From positions 117,180,001-117,244,000 of the forward strand of contig OX597815.1 in the NCBI GenBank assembly GCA_951406725.2: 64,000 bases of DNA, given 5' to 3'. Made by a program: the position numbers and the translations under genes. The stretch's first letter is position 1. Every line of letters begins with the position of its first letter. Below are positions 1 to 13,583 of the stretch, piece by piece. The DNA comes from Octopus vulgaris (Eukaryota). A model generated the notes under the pieces. The model was given only the letters and a program-made list of their open reading frames with translations, was not told the origin of the DNA and did no database searches.

Positions 1-108
1 TTATAGGTATAAATTTTCCCATTTTCTTATGAATTTAACATACAATTACTGGTTTCTGAGAAAGTAAACATAACTTTAATACAATTAAGCACAAAGTGTC
101 CCCTTGTG

Positions 109-428
109 CAGTGCTTCTCAAACTATCTGCTGTGGTGTATCAGCAGTTTTTTTTCCAATGTGTCAGAGACCGATAATATTTCTCAGTAGTATTAATTTAT
201 ACTGGAAATAGTATATATAATGAATATAATAAAAGTTGAGAATTTTTTAAATCTTATATTTATTTTGCAAACAAATAATTCTATATTACATAAGCGTTTT
301 ATAATCTTAATCTTTACTAATGTGAAAGGTGAGCCTGCTTCTTCTTTGTCAGTTTATCTGCTATTGCTTCTTTCTTTTCTGGAAACTCACCGCATACTGG
401 CAGCATACTACCACTTTGAGTAGCACTG
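109..428. mobile_element. hAT-like MITE
   Basis: TIRs CAGTGCTTCTCAAA / TTTGAGTAGCACTG; degenerate 8-bp flanks cccttgtg / ccttagtg. Confidence 0.7.
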
Positions 429-853
429 CCTTAGTGGACAGTTAATACAAGGGAGATAATAATTTCTTCATAATATTTGGTGGGATTAGAAGTTTGAATT
501 TGAAATTAAGGAATAAGGTAAAAGATGCAGAGAATACACACTGCTTCATTCTTTTTAGAAGTTATCAGTGTGACATAACCTGAGATTAATATTAAAAAAA
601 CTTTTAATAATTAAGATGCCCACTTTAATAAAACCACTTCCTTATATCCCTCTGTCAACAGAAGCTAGGCACTATGGAGTATAGGTATTTTATGCAGAAG
701 GATATTCAGCTGGAAGCCAGGATATGTATAAGATCAAATTTTTAGGCAAGATAAGTTCTTGCTAGCCCAGAATAAATAATGCTTAAATAAAAAATTTAGT
801 CTATATATATATAATGCAACATTAGACAAATGTAATATATTCATCTGTTGCAT

Positions 854-981
854 ATGGATGAGAACAGCTGTGTGAGGAAGGGTCACACCCTTGCAATAGA
901 AGGAACCTGTGGAAGAGGTAGACCCAGGAAGACCTGGGATGAGGTGGTGAAGCACGACCTTCGAACATTGGGCCTCACCGA
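854..981 (+). mobile_element. Fragment of the RTE LINE C-terminal coding region
   Basis: Closely similar to 12812-12940 (MDENSCV...GTCGRGRPRKTWDEVV). Confidence 0.85.
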
Positions 982-1574
982 TAATATTACAAAGACACAT
1001 AAATTCATCTGGCATAAGATTTGAAACCTTTGTAAACAAATATGTACAGTTAAAGAATTTAGTGTTTATAAACTGTATTCTTGGTAAATATACTTGAATT
1101 TCAAGGCCTACCCCATCCATCTTTAAGTAGGTTCCATGCTGAAATAAAGTTTATGGCTTTATGCATTAAGACACTTTATTTAACCTTCTGTATCAGCTCA
1201 GATCTTCCAACAAATATTTGAAGGCAGATAGTCTTCATGGAATTGTCATGTTTTATTACATATTTTATTAACAAGACATAAAATATATATTAAATTTTAT
1301 GTTAACCAGAAATAGATATATAGATACACAAGCTGTTTCTTTTTACTATTGTTGCTCTTTACCCCTGATCACCTTTCCAGCTGTATTCATTCTATCTTTC
1401 CTTTTCAAACATTGTGTCTCTAGGATTGTATTGTCCAATGCTTCAGAGCTCTTTTAAGATGGTAGGATATTTTGGCTGCTATTTCTTGTAAGTTGAGCAG
1501 TCATATAATGACTCTCTTGTTGGCCCTTAGTTTGATGATTTTTTTATGTAATGAGGAAATCATTTTTATTTTAG

Positions 1575-1777
1575 GGAAACTACACCGTCAAATTGTGCAA
1601 CTTCAAGTCAGTGAAGGAACAGCGGTTCAGAAACTTGAAAATGAGATGCGTAAAATTAACAAACTTGAAGCCCATATTCTTCAGCTGGAGCAACAGATCG
1701 ATGCTAAAAACCAAACCATTTATCACACTCGGATTGACTCTCAGAATAAAATCAAACAGTTAAAGAAGAATTTATCT
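1575..1777 (+). CDS. CEP290: CEP290 exon (first in window), GKLHRQ...KKNLS
   Basis: ttag acceptor, gtgagt donor; starts in phase 1. Confidence 0.92.
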
Positions 1778-4700
1778 GTGAGTTTTTATCTTTGCCTTTC
1801 AAATTTATTCAAAAATTTTTTAGTTTCTTTTTAAAATATTAATGAAATGGTAGTTTTTAGAACTGAATAGATAGATATCTTAATTAATATAATTTAATAC
1901 TGCTACAAGATAATGAGTTTCCATAATGTTAATAGTATTGTTGAACATCAGTTTCTGTTCACAAGTCAACATATTCTTTTATTTATTTTAGTCAAATAAA
2001 TTGACCCCCCAGGACTTATTCTTTGTAAGCCTAGTATTTATTCTATCAGTCTCTTTTGCTGAACCACTAATTTACGGGAACGTAAACACACCAACATCAG
2101 TTATCAAGCAATGGTGGAGGACAAACATGTACATATACATATGTATATATATACAACGGGCTTCTTTCAGTTTCTGTCTACCAAGTACACTCACAAGGCT
2201 TTGGTCAGCCCAGTACTATAGTAGAAGAGACTTACCCAAGGTGCCACACAGTGGGACTGAATCCAGAACCATGTGATTAGTAAGCAAGCTACTTACCACA
2301 CAGCTACTCCTACGTCTATAAAAATTTTTATCTAGATCTCATGTAATTTCTGGAAGAGATTTGAAACCATCACCTATGAGTTGTATTACTACTTCTCAAC
2401 ACCCATGCCTACTGGGCCACCAAAGGATTCTTATGTAACAATGTTTGGGTTTCTTGAGCAGTGATTTGAGATTTCCAGCATTTTCTCTCTCTCTCTTCTG
2501 ACACTAATTTTCTATTTCTCCCGCTAACTCTTGATACCTAGTGCTTTCCTCTTTGTCCTGTACCCTTGTACTCGCATCATCTTTTGTGACATTTGTTTTG
2601 TCTCTCCTCTGAAACATATGATGAAAATGCTTTGATTCCTTCAAAATCATATTGTCATATTGTTCTTTCATATCATACAGAAGATTTTCCCAAATGTTGC
2701 CTACAGTGCTAGTCTTCAATGCCTTGCTGTTACTATATGTTCATTATCCTCATGTGACTTCTTTGAGGTTGTTCTCTTAAATTTTAAATATCTTGATCCA
2801 TTTGGCTGAATCCTGGAAATGGCACAGGGTTGCAAGAATGAGCACTTTATTTTACCATCATTTTATCTGCATTACCATTTAATATATATATTTGATAACC
2901 AGTATTATTCATTATCAGTTGTAAGGTGGCAAGCTGGCAGAACCAGTAGCATGGTGGATGAAATGCCTAGTGGTATTTGGTCTTTTTTGTTAAACTTAAA
3001 TCAGTTTACAGCAAGGTTTTAGATTTCAGTCTTTTAGTGTTGTGCCAGTGGCACGTAAAAAGCACCATGCGAATTGTGGCCGTTGCCAGCCTCGCCTGAC
3101 ACCTGTGTGCAGGCGGCACGTAAAAAACACCCACTACATTCACGGAGTGGTTGGCATTAGGAAGGGCATCCAGCTGTAGACACACTGCCAGATCAGACTG
3201 GAGCCTGGTGTAGCCTCTGGCTTCCCAGATCCCCGGTCGAACCGTCCAACCCATGCTAGCATGGAGAACAGACGTTAAACGATGATGATGATGATGATGA
3301 AAGACTGTTTATATAATAATTTCTATCAACTGTTGTCATGGTAACAGTTTGTTAAACTCAGAGGTATATACCACTCTGAGTATGTATATATGTGTGTGTG
3401 TGAGTGAGAGAGAGGCTGATTATGCTTGTGAGTTATGAGAAGTAAAGATATTGCTCAAGAGAAACCTTCAACTCTGAATTTATACTTTATTGCATTATTC
3501 TAAGATTATTTTCAGATATGTATACAAATTTTGGTAACTATTCACAAACAAATTGTAGAAATATTTTAAGACAAACAAATAAACATCATTGCTCATCCTT
3601 CATTTCTTATCCTTTACTTGTTTCCATTACTGGAAGGCAGCCATGCTGGAGCACCACCTTGAAGGGTTTAGTTGAACAAATTAAACCCAGTACTTATTTT
3701 TTTAAAGTCTGGTACTTATTCTATGGGTCCCTTTTACTGAACCAAAAATGTTATAAGGACATAAACAAACCACAAAGACAAAGGCACACACACACACACA
3801 CACATATATGATGGGCTTCTACACCGTTTCTGTTTACCAAATTCTCTCACAAGGCATTAGTCATTCTGGGGCTGTAGTAGAAGATACTTGTCCAAGGTAC
3901 TATGCAGTGGAGCTGAACCTGAAACGATGTAATTGCAAGCAAACATCTTGATCACATAGCCATTTTACAAAACTTTGCTCATATAGCTTACATGACCATC
4001 CCTCCTCATAACCTCTAAATCATCATCATCATCATATGTCTGTTTTCTATTAAATGAAATGGAATTGTAGTTGTGATACATGTGCCGGTGGCACGTAAAA
4101 AACACCATCTGAACATGGTCAATGCCAGCACCGCTGGACTGGTGTCCGTGCTGATGGCACGTAAAAAGCACCATCCAATTATGGATGTTGCCAGCCTCTT
4201 CAGGCCCTTGCACTGGTGACACATAAAAAGCACCTACTACACACACGGAGTGGTTGGCGTTAGGAAGGGCATACAGCTGTAGAAACACTGCCAGATCAGA
4301 ATGGAGCCTGGTGCAGCCTCCTGGCTTCCCAGACCCCAGTCGAACAGTCCAACCCATGCTAGCATGGAAAACAGACGTTAAACGATGATGATGATGATGA
4401 TGATAATGATGAGGATAATGATGAGGATGAGGATTTTATATAATGAACAATCATGAGATGATGCACAGGGATTGTTATGATGATAGATAATTATTTTTTT
4501 TGACTCGGTATATATTTCATTTTTCTTTTTGTTATAGAAAGAGTTATTACTGATTAAATCATTATTTTATTGTGTTGTTTTCAATTTCAGGAAGTACATC
4601 GACAATATGCAGGAGCTATTCCACTTTCCAAACAGGAGAAATTTGCAAATAATATGATTCAGCTGCAAGAAGATAAGTCCAAAATTGAAAGAGAATTAGT

Positions 4701-7334
4701 GGAGGTGACCCATTTTTCTCTCCTATCAGACATGACACCATGTATTTACCTGAATTTGTCTTGCTGAAAATTCTAGACATGCCCTTAATATTTTCAAACT
4801 ACAAAATACTCTAAGTAATGAGCCTATATCAATTTTCTAAAGGATTAAATAAGTATACAAGGTTTGAAAGAAATAAAGAATACTTTTAAATCCTGAAAAT
4901 GGCTCAAATTATTATTTAATAGTTGGTTGATTCTTACTTAGTTTATTCTCCTCATTTTTAGATATGAAAAGAATTTTTACAGTATTTACATCTACACTGT
5001 GATTATGTCTGAGTGTCATCAGGTATCTTATTCCTGGATGTGTACATAGTCCCAGACGAGATTTGAACTAGGACCCTTTATATTGAAACTAGTGGTAATA
5101 ATATGATTATAATTTTTCAGAAAGATAGACTCATCTTCAGGTTGCTCTCTTGGATTTGTATATAATACTGAACTAGATCTGAAACAGGAAGCTTTATTTT
5201 TAAATGAATGGCAGCATTGCTCTTATCCTGATATCTCTCCTCTCCATATGCATGCACACATGTATATCATGACTCATACACTGTTCACTTTCCTAACTTT
5301 TGTACATAATTCTATGTAGTATATGGGCATCTTTGATGAGTTGTAGTGTACCTGAGCACTATACACGATAATTTCATTATTATTATTGAGTGAAAGAGCA
5401 GTGCATGCCATCAAAGTGACACCGGGGTAAAATATACGAAGCCCTATATACTCATCATGACTACCCGTCTGATAAGGGTACACCAGGCACATGCATCACA
5501 ACCATGTGTGCGTGATATGGTGATCTCATATCAAGATAACCTGCACATGATCTTGCAGGTGGGGCCCAGTTAGAATTTTCTTCTGGTCGAGTAGCCCATC
5601 CCGCTCAAAAGGTCCCTGAATAAGGGTTGTTTAAGGATGTTGAATGAAACACCCATGTTTCCAGAGGTGAATTATTCAAACCCTAAAGAATCCCTCTCAA
5701 CATATGTCTATGATGCTCCCCCACTACTTCTGCTCGTGATCAGAGATGCACATATCATCAGCCACTAAGGGACATGCTCAACTGGTTAAGGTCAAACAAC
5801 TGACAAGCAAATCTGTGGTATTGAGCAGAATATTTGCTGTAGCCCATCTTTTATACCAAGACAAAACAATGTACATGATAACACTTCCAATCAGTTAAGA
5901 TCAGAAGCCATGAGAGCCACTGCCTGGTACTGCATCAGGGCATTTATTGTTATTGTTATTATCGTTATCATTATTATTAAAGGCGGCAGCTGGCAGAATT
6001 GTTAGCATGCCAGGCGAAATGCTTAGTGATATTTTGTCTGCTGCTATGTTCTGAGTTCAAATTCTGCCGAGGTTGACTTTGCCTTTCATCCTTTCGGGGT
6101 TGATAAATTAAGTACCAGTGAAACACTGGGGTTGATGTAACCAACTATCCCCCTCGCCCAAATTTCAGGCCTTGTGCATATAGTAGAAAGGATTATTGTT
6201 ATTATTATTATCCACTTGGTCAGTATTCTGATCGTTTATTTGTCAGATTCACAGTGAATAACTGCGATTAGTTTAGAAATAAAGGTTCAGAAAAATTATA
6301 ATCATATTAACTCACTGACATTTAGATAATTAATGTTCTTACCCACTTATTCTAGTGATGAATGTGGTCAATAAATATTGCAGTTTGCTACCACTGTCAC
6401 TGTCATTGTCTCCAGCACCAGTACCACCACCAATAGCACCAACATCACCACTGCTGCCACCCTCCCACTGCCACTGCAACTTCCCACCCACTGCTAACAC
6501 CACTACTACTACCAGCACCACCACCATCATGATTTAATACCTACCCTACCATGTTCAGATCATTCACTGACCTGGAGGTGAATGAATGCTCTTAGCCAAG
6601 AACTGTCCCTGTAGTTATTTCACTACAAAGAGAGAATTTTGAGGTACCTTATCCTGGTGCAAAACCAAATTTCATCTCACCACCCACCCCATTCCTTTAT
6701 CTCTCTCCCCAACATGTTTTTTCATATTGCCACCTCTCATATCCCTTCATCGCATCACCACCCACTGACTCTGTACCTCCCTACCCTCCTTGTTTCTTCA
6801 TCTTACCATCTGCCATGTTTATTTATCTTCTGACCACTTATATTCCTTTCTCTCACCATGTGTCATGTCCATTCCTCTCATGCAACCCCCATTACATTCC
6901 TCCATTTTATTCAAGGTCTTAGCAGCATTATAAGCCCTGGGGAATTATCAGTGCACAGGGTCCTTATAGTGTTTGCCTATTGATGGCAAGACACATTGTA
7001 CATAGATCAGAATTGAGCCCCTAGACCCATGAGCTACTATACCCAGACCCACTGCCTAGTGTGCCCAAGTCTTAAGACAAGATAGCAATGATCTTACCAT
7101 CCACCATATCTCGGCATCTCACCCCTGTAAAATTCCTTTATCTCACCGCTTGTCATGTTTCTTCATTTCACTACCTGTTGCAGTCTTTCATCTTTCATCT
7201 TTCACAGCCCTTCAATGTCTGGCACTAACAACAGAAAATAAGAGAAAAAAAACTAGTCAAATGTTTTGTTATGTGAAGCAGGTTTTTGCAATTGGATACC
7301 TTTTCTACCGTCAATCACTTTTAACAACAACAAC

Positions 7335-7372
<38 letters not shown>

Positions 7373-10300
7373 TAATAATAATAATGATAATTCCTTTCAT
7401 AGGCACAAGGCTAGAAATTTATTGAGCTTAGGGAAACAATCAGTTATATCAGATTCAGTATTTAACTGGCACATTATTTTATTGACCTTGGGAAGATGAA
7501 GGGTAAAGTCAACTTTAGAGAAATTAGTACTCAGAATGTAACTAAATACCACAAAACACTCTTTCTGACTCATACAGATGTAGATATGATGATGATGATG
7601 ATGATTTTGTTGTTGATGGTGATGATGATGATAATGATGATGAAATGTCTATGATAGCTCTAAATTACTACCAGCACTAAGACATGCCTCTCTCTCTCAG
7701 CTTGGGCATTTAAATGAAAACTGACCAGTCTGAAAGAACTTGTCACACTCCATGTGATGTGTTTGCTATTGTTGACAGTTTTACAGAATTTATATATTTA
7801 CAATTTATGTATTTACAACTTATATATTTACAATTAAATTGTTCTGCTAGAGTAACATGGAATTTTAAAAATTGTTCTACTGTTCTATTTTCACTTAGTA
7901 ATATAATTAAATTACAATAATATTGATCTCTGTAATTATAAATTTCCTTATAATCACATTCACCTACAGATTGAACTATAAGTTCTCAAGTTTGGTAATT
8001 ATGGAAACAATATACGTTATTATAACACATGTTTTAAGGGGTGGAGGATTGGCAGAATTGTTAAAGCATCAGAAAAATGCTTTATGATATTTATTCTCAT
8101 TCTTTATGTTCTAAGTTCAAATCCCAGCAAGGTTGACTTTGCCTTTTGTCCTTGTGGGACCAATAAATTAGAGTACTAGTCAAGTACTAGGGTTGATTTC
8201 ATTCATTTATCCCACTCCTAAATTCCAGATTTTGTGTCTTAGAAACAATTATTATCAACATACTTATAATAAAACCTTTCTTTTATACACTGACAGGAGT
8301 TAATACTTGCTGTTTCAAAATTGTCCTATTTCTAATCTATTTTTCTTGTAGAATTAGTTTTGTTTATCAAATAATTATTACTATCTTATCAATCGTTGTA
8401 GTTCTCTTAGATTTACCACTTTTCCTTTATGAACACAGTTTCTTTGTGTATTTCTCATTGTTCATTTCTAATTCTAACCAAGAACATCGAATTTCCACTT
8501 GATTTTATCTCTACTGGTTTGACATAGATTTACATAACACATTTACTCTTCTTTAAGCCTTTCGTTACTGTATTTCTGTCAGAATATATTACTTTTGTCT
8601 TAATTTTAAAAATAATAAAAAAATGTATTAAAATACATGCCATTTTTAAGCTGGTGTTTGGAACATAAATTAACATGAAATTTTGATGGAAGTTTTAATT
8701 TAGATCACCTTAAAATTGAGAATTCATATCATAAAACTAGGGGTGGTCTCAGGTGTGTTGGTATCAAAAGGGTTAAACTTGTTATGTCAAGTTTTATTAC
8801 TACACATATACCACCACCACCAGATACATACACATCAGATACATACACATCAGATACATACACATCAGATACATACACATCATACATCACATTCACACAC
8901 CCACACACAAACACATACTCACACATACACATATCTTTACTATCAGCAGTAAAGATATATGTTCCCTAAACATTTCTTTGTAACCACATAATTGTCATCA
9001 GGTTCACCTTCATAAGTTTTCAAATTAGCAATATCCTTAGTTGTTTTGGGCAGTGGGCTGGCAGAATCGTTAGCATGCCGGGCAGAATGCCCAGCGGTAT
9101 TTCGTTTGCCTTTACTTTCTGAGTTAAAATTCTGCGAAGGTTGACTTTGCCTTTCATCCATTTGGGGTTAATTAAATAAGTACCAGTGTAATCAACTTAA
9201 TTCATTTGTCTATCCTTGTTTGCCCCCTCTATGTTTAGCCATCTATGGGCAATAAAGAAATAAATATCCTTAGTAGTTTAACAGAATGTACATTTTCTGT
9301 TTCAGTGCTCTTTGCGCACTTGAAAGACATGTAAAATATTCCAAGTGATTCTATAGTATGCTCTTTGGTTATATTATCTCTATATCATATGCTGGCTTCA
9401 TGCCAAAATTTGAAACTGTTATCTGTATATTATATATTTTTTCATTCACAACTTACTCAAGTATAACATTTTTTCTATGCTACAAAATGCAATACAAACA
9501 TCTGATAAAAATTAACTCAAGATGAAGTTGATAATACAATGAGGAAAATATGCATATCTTTAACGAGGTAAATCTTAATGTAATAAGAAGAAATTGATTC
9601 ATGTCTACAACAAAGAAAATAAATACCAAATGGTTATTTAAAATATCTAAAATATAGTGTTAAAAATCATGTTTATGGTTGTAATTTTACACATGCTGTT
9701 AGATCTATATATATTGTATTTTAAAATTTGGTAATATATCTTCATTACAGGTTAAGGAACAACGCAGGCAAGTGGAGGATAAATTGGCAGAGTTAGAACT
9801 TCTCCAGTTGGGGAAGGAAGAGATGAAAGAGATAACAATTAAGGGAGGTCATGAAGGGGTTAAGAAGGTGGCAGAATGGCATTCAAAGATGGAAACCTTA
9901 CGATTGAGTCAAATGAAACAAACCCGTCAAATATCAAGATTACAAGAACAGGTAATACGTCTTATCTTCAGCATCATTGTTTTAATGTTTACTTCTCCAT
10001 GTTTGTATGAATCATTTACAAAACTTGTTGAGGCAAATTTTCTATGGCTCAATGCTCTTTCTGCTGCCAAACCTCACCTCTTTCTAAGTAAGGTAATGTT
10101 TTCCTTAGTCCTTCAAACAACAAACAACTGAAAGGCTGGATGTGTTTTCATTAAGCCAACTGATGTTGATGTTTTAACCATTTAGCTTATGCTTTCAAAG
10201 AGGTCTGGAATCAAAGAAGAAAATCTTTTATCACTTGGAAACAAGTAAAGGTTCATTACACAGAATAATGTTATTTCCTTGAAATTTTTAACATCTGAAA

Positions 10301-13300
10301 ATGCGCTTGCTCAATCCAACATGTTATATGATAGAAAAATTATGGGTTATTTTAAAAAATGAAATTGGTTGTATGGAAAATAAAATAAAATTAAAATATG
10401 TTTACACTCACTGATCCACAGCAATAATGTTTCCTTCACATATTGATGACTATAATAGTTAGTAGAGCAAAATGGCTACTAACTATTATAGCCATCAATT
10501 CTTTTACTTGTTTCAGTCATCTGACTTCAGCCATGCTGGAGCACTGCCTTTAGTCGAGCAAATTGACCCCAGGACTTATTCTTTGTAAGCCTAGTACTTA
10601 TTCTATTTGTCTCCTTTGCTGAACCACTAAATTACAGGGACGTAAACACACCAGCATCGGTTATCAAGCAATGTTGGAGACAAACACAGACACACAAACA
10701 CATGCATGCACACACACACACACACACACATGATAGGCTTCTTTCGGTTTCCGTCTACCAAATCCACTCACTAGGCTCTGGTCGGCCCTATTCTATTGTA
10801 GAAGACACTTTGCCCAAGGTGCCATGTAGTGGGACTGAACCTGGAACCATGTGGTTGGTAAGCAAGCTACTTAGCACACAGCCACTCACTGGTCATAACC
10901 TGTTATGTATTTAATATGTAACAGAATAGGATGCAGTGGACATTGTGTATGTAACTTGGTGCTCATTATTCTATCTCTCAATTTTAAGTATGATAATTAT
11001 CAAGGGCATTGTTAGATAAATGCTCAAGGACATTCTTAGATAAATGCTCAGCTTGATAAGCAAAAGAGAAATACCAACTTCTTATGGTTACTGAAGCTAC
11101 TGTTGCAACAGATTTTCATTTCTTTTTTTCTTTTTTCTTTTTGACTGGCTAAAAAGAAGTCTATTTGTATATTTCATATAATATTGATGTCTCCAAACCT
11201 CTCTCTTTGCATCCTTGCATCCTAAATAAGGATGCAAAGAGAGAGGTTTGGAGACATCATTATGAGAGGCTGCTAAATAAGGAAAATGAATGGGATAAAG
11301 AGAGTTTGCCGAATGTCGACCCAACAGAGGGACTAGCTATCCGAGTTGACAGTACCTTAGTAGTTAAGGCAATTAGTAGCATGAAGACAGGGAAAACCCC
11401 AGGCTCATCAGGAATTACTGCAGAGATGCTTAAAATATCTGGTAGTGTCGGCTATAGCCTAGTCACCCGTATAGTTAACCAGGTGATACATGAAGGAGTC
11501 ATACCCAATGACTGGTGTAGCAGCATAATAGTCAACTGTTACAAAGGTAAGGGTGACGCTTTAGATACAAATAATTACAGAGGTATCAAACTGTTGGATC
11601 AGGTAATGAAGGTTACGGAGAGGGTCATAGCCCAACTGATTAGGGAGAGAGTCAGCTTGGATGAGATGCAGTTTGGTTTCGTGCCAGGAAAAAGCACCAC
11701 TGATGCCATATTTCTGGTGAGACAGCTGCAGGAGAAATACCTAGCCAAGGATAAGCCCTTTTTCTTGGCTTTCGTTGACATGGAGAAAGCCTTTGACAGA
11801 GTCCCCCGATCCCTTATCTGGTGGTCAATGAGGAAACTAGGGATAGATGAATGGTTAGTGAGAGCTGTGCAAGCCGTGTACAGAGACACTGTAAGTAAGG
11901 TGAGGGTTGGCAATGAGTACACTAAAGAATTCAAAGTAGAGGTAGGGGTCCACCAAGGTTCAGTCCTCAGTCCCCTCCTATTTATCATAGTCCTCCAGGC
12001 AATAACGGAGGAATTCAAGACAGGATGCCCCTGGAAGCTCCTATACGCTGATGACCTTGCTCTAATTGCTGAGTCACTATCAGAACTAGAAGCAAAGTTT
12101 CAAGTGTGGAGACAAGGATTAGAATCGAAGGGCCTTAAAATCAACCTGGCTAAAACCAAAGTCTTAATATGTAGGAAGGCAGGCAAATCACAAACTCCTT
12201 CAGGTAGATGGCCCTGCTCGATCTGTAGAAAAGGCGTAGGTAGAAACTCCTATAAGATGCACCAAGTGTAAGCTATGGACACATAAGAGGTGCAGCAATG
12301 TCAAAGGAAGGCTAACTGGGAAGATAGTCTTTGTATGTGGCAGATGCTCAGGAGCAATAAACACTGAAAATGCTCAGAGACCAACTTTCACCACATTCCA
12401 GGGAGAAAAACTAGAAGTAGTTGATAGCTTCCGTTACCTAGGTGACCAAGTCAGTAGCGGGGGGTGGGGGTGGGTGCTGAAAGTGTAACTGCTAGAGTAA
12501 GAATAGCCTGGGCAAAGTTCAGAGAGCTCTTACCTCTGCTGGTGACAAAAGGCCTCTCGCTCAGAGCAAAAGGCAGACTGTATGACGCGTGTGTACGAAC
12601 AGCCATGCTACATGGCAGTGAAACATGGGCCGTGACTGCTGAGGATATGCGTAAGCTCGCAAGAAATGAAGCCAGTATGCTCCGATGGATGTGTAATGTC
12701 AGTGTTCATACTCGACAGAGTGTAAGTACCCTGAGAGAAATGTTGGACCTAAGAAGCATCAGTTGTGGTGTGCAAGAGAGACGTTTGCGCTGGTATGGTC
12801 ATGTAGCGAGAATGGATGAAGATAGTTGTGTGAAAAAGTGCCACACCCTGGTGGTTGAGGGAACCTGTGGAAGAGGTAAACCCAGGAAAACCTGGGATGA
12901 GGTGGTGAAGAACGACCTTTGAACTTTTGGTCTCACCGAGGAAATGACCAGAGACCGAGACCTTTGGAAGTATGCTGTGCGTGGGAAGACCCGGCAGGAC
13001 AAGTGAGACCATACCCGTGGCCGCTACCTGGGACGTAGCCAGCCCACTTATGCATACCGTTCCTTCTTGTGACACAAACCCTACTTGTGAAGACCTGTTG
13101 AGGCAAGTGAAAATGAAAATCAAAATGAAAATCAAAATTGAAATCAAAATCTCTCAACATCAATGGAAATTGTAGCTGAGATACCAGTGCCGGTGGCACA
13201 TAAGAGAACCGTCCGAACGTAGTCGTTGCCAGCGCCGCCCCGACTGGCCTCCGTGCTGGTGGCACGTAAAAAACACCATCCGATTGTGGCCGTTGCCAGC

Positions 13301-13550
13301 CTCGTCTGGCCCCTGTGCCGGTGGCACGTTAAAAGAACCATCCGATCGTGGCCGTTTGCCAGCCTCGTCTGGCACCTGTGCAGGTGGCACATAAAAAGCA
13401 CCCACTACACTCTTGGAGTGGTTGGCGTTAGGAAGGGCATCCAGCTGTAGAAACACTGCCAGATCAGACTGGGCCTGGCGCAGCCTCCTGGCTTCCCAGA
13501 CCCCAGTTGAACCGTCCAACCCATGCTAGCATGGAAAACGGACGTTAAAC

Positions 13551-13583
<33 letters not shown>

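Noticed and set aside
7150-7499. Poly-Ile / poly-Asn ORFs, and YIYI or HTHT ORFs elsewhere
   Set aside because: Translations of (AAT)n, (TA)n and (CA)n microsatellites.
11165-12271. 368-aa ORF as an intact or domesticated RT gene
   Set aside because: No endonuclease domain or true start; ends at a frameshift, with a further frameshift and nonsense change downstream.
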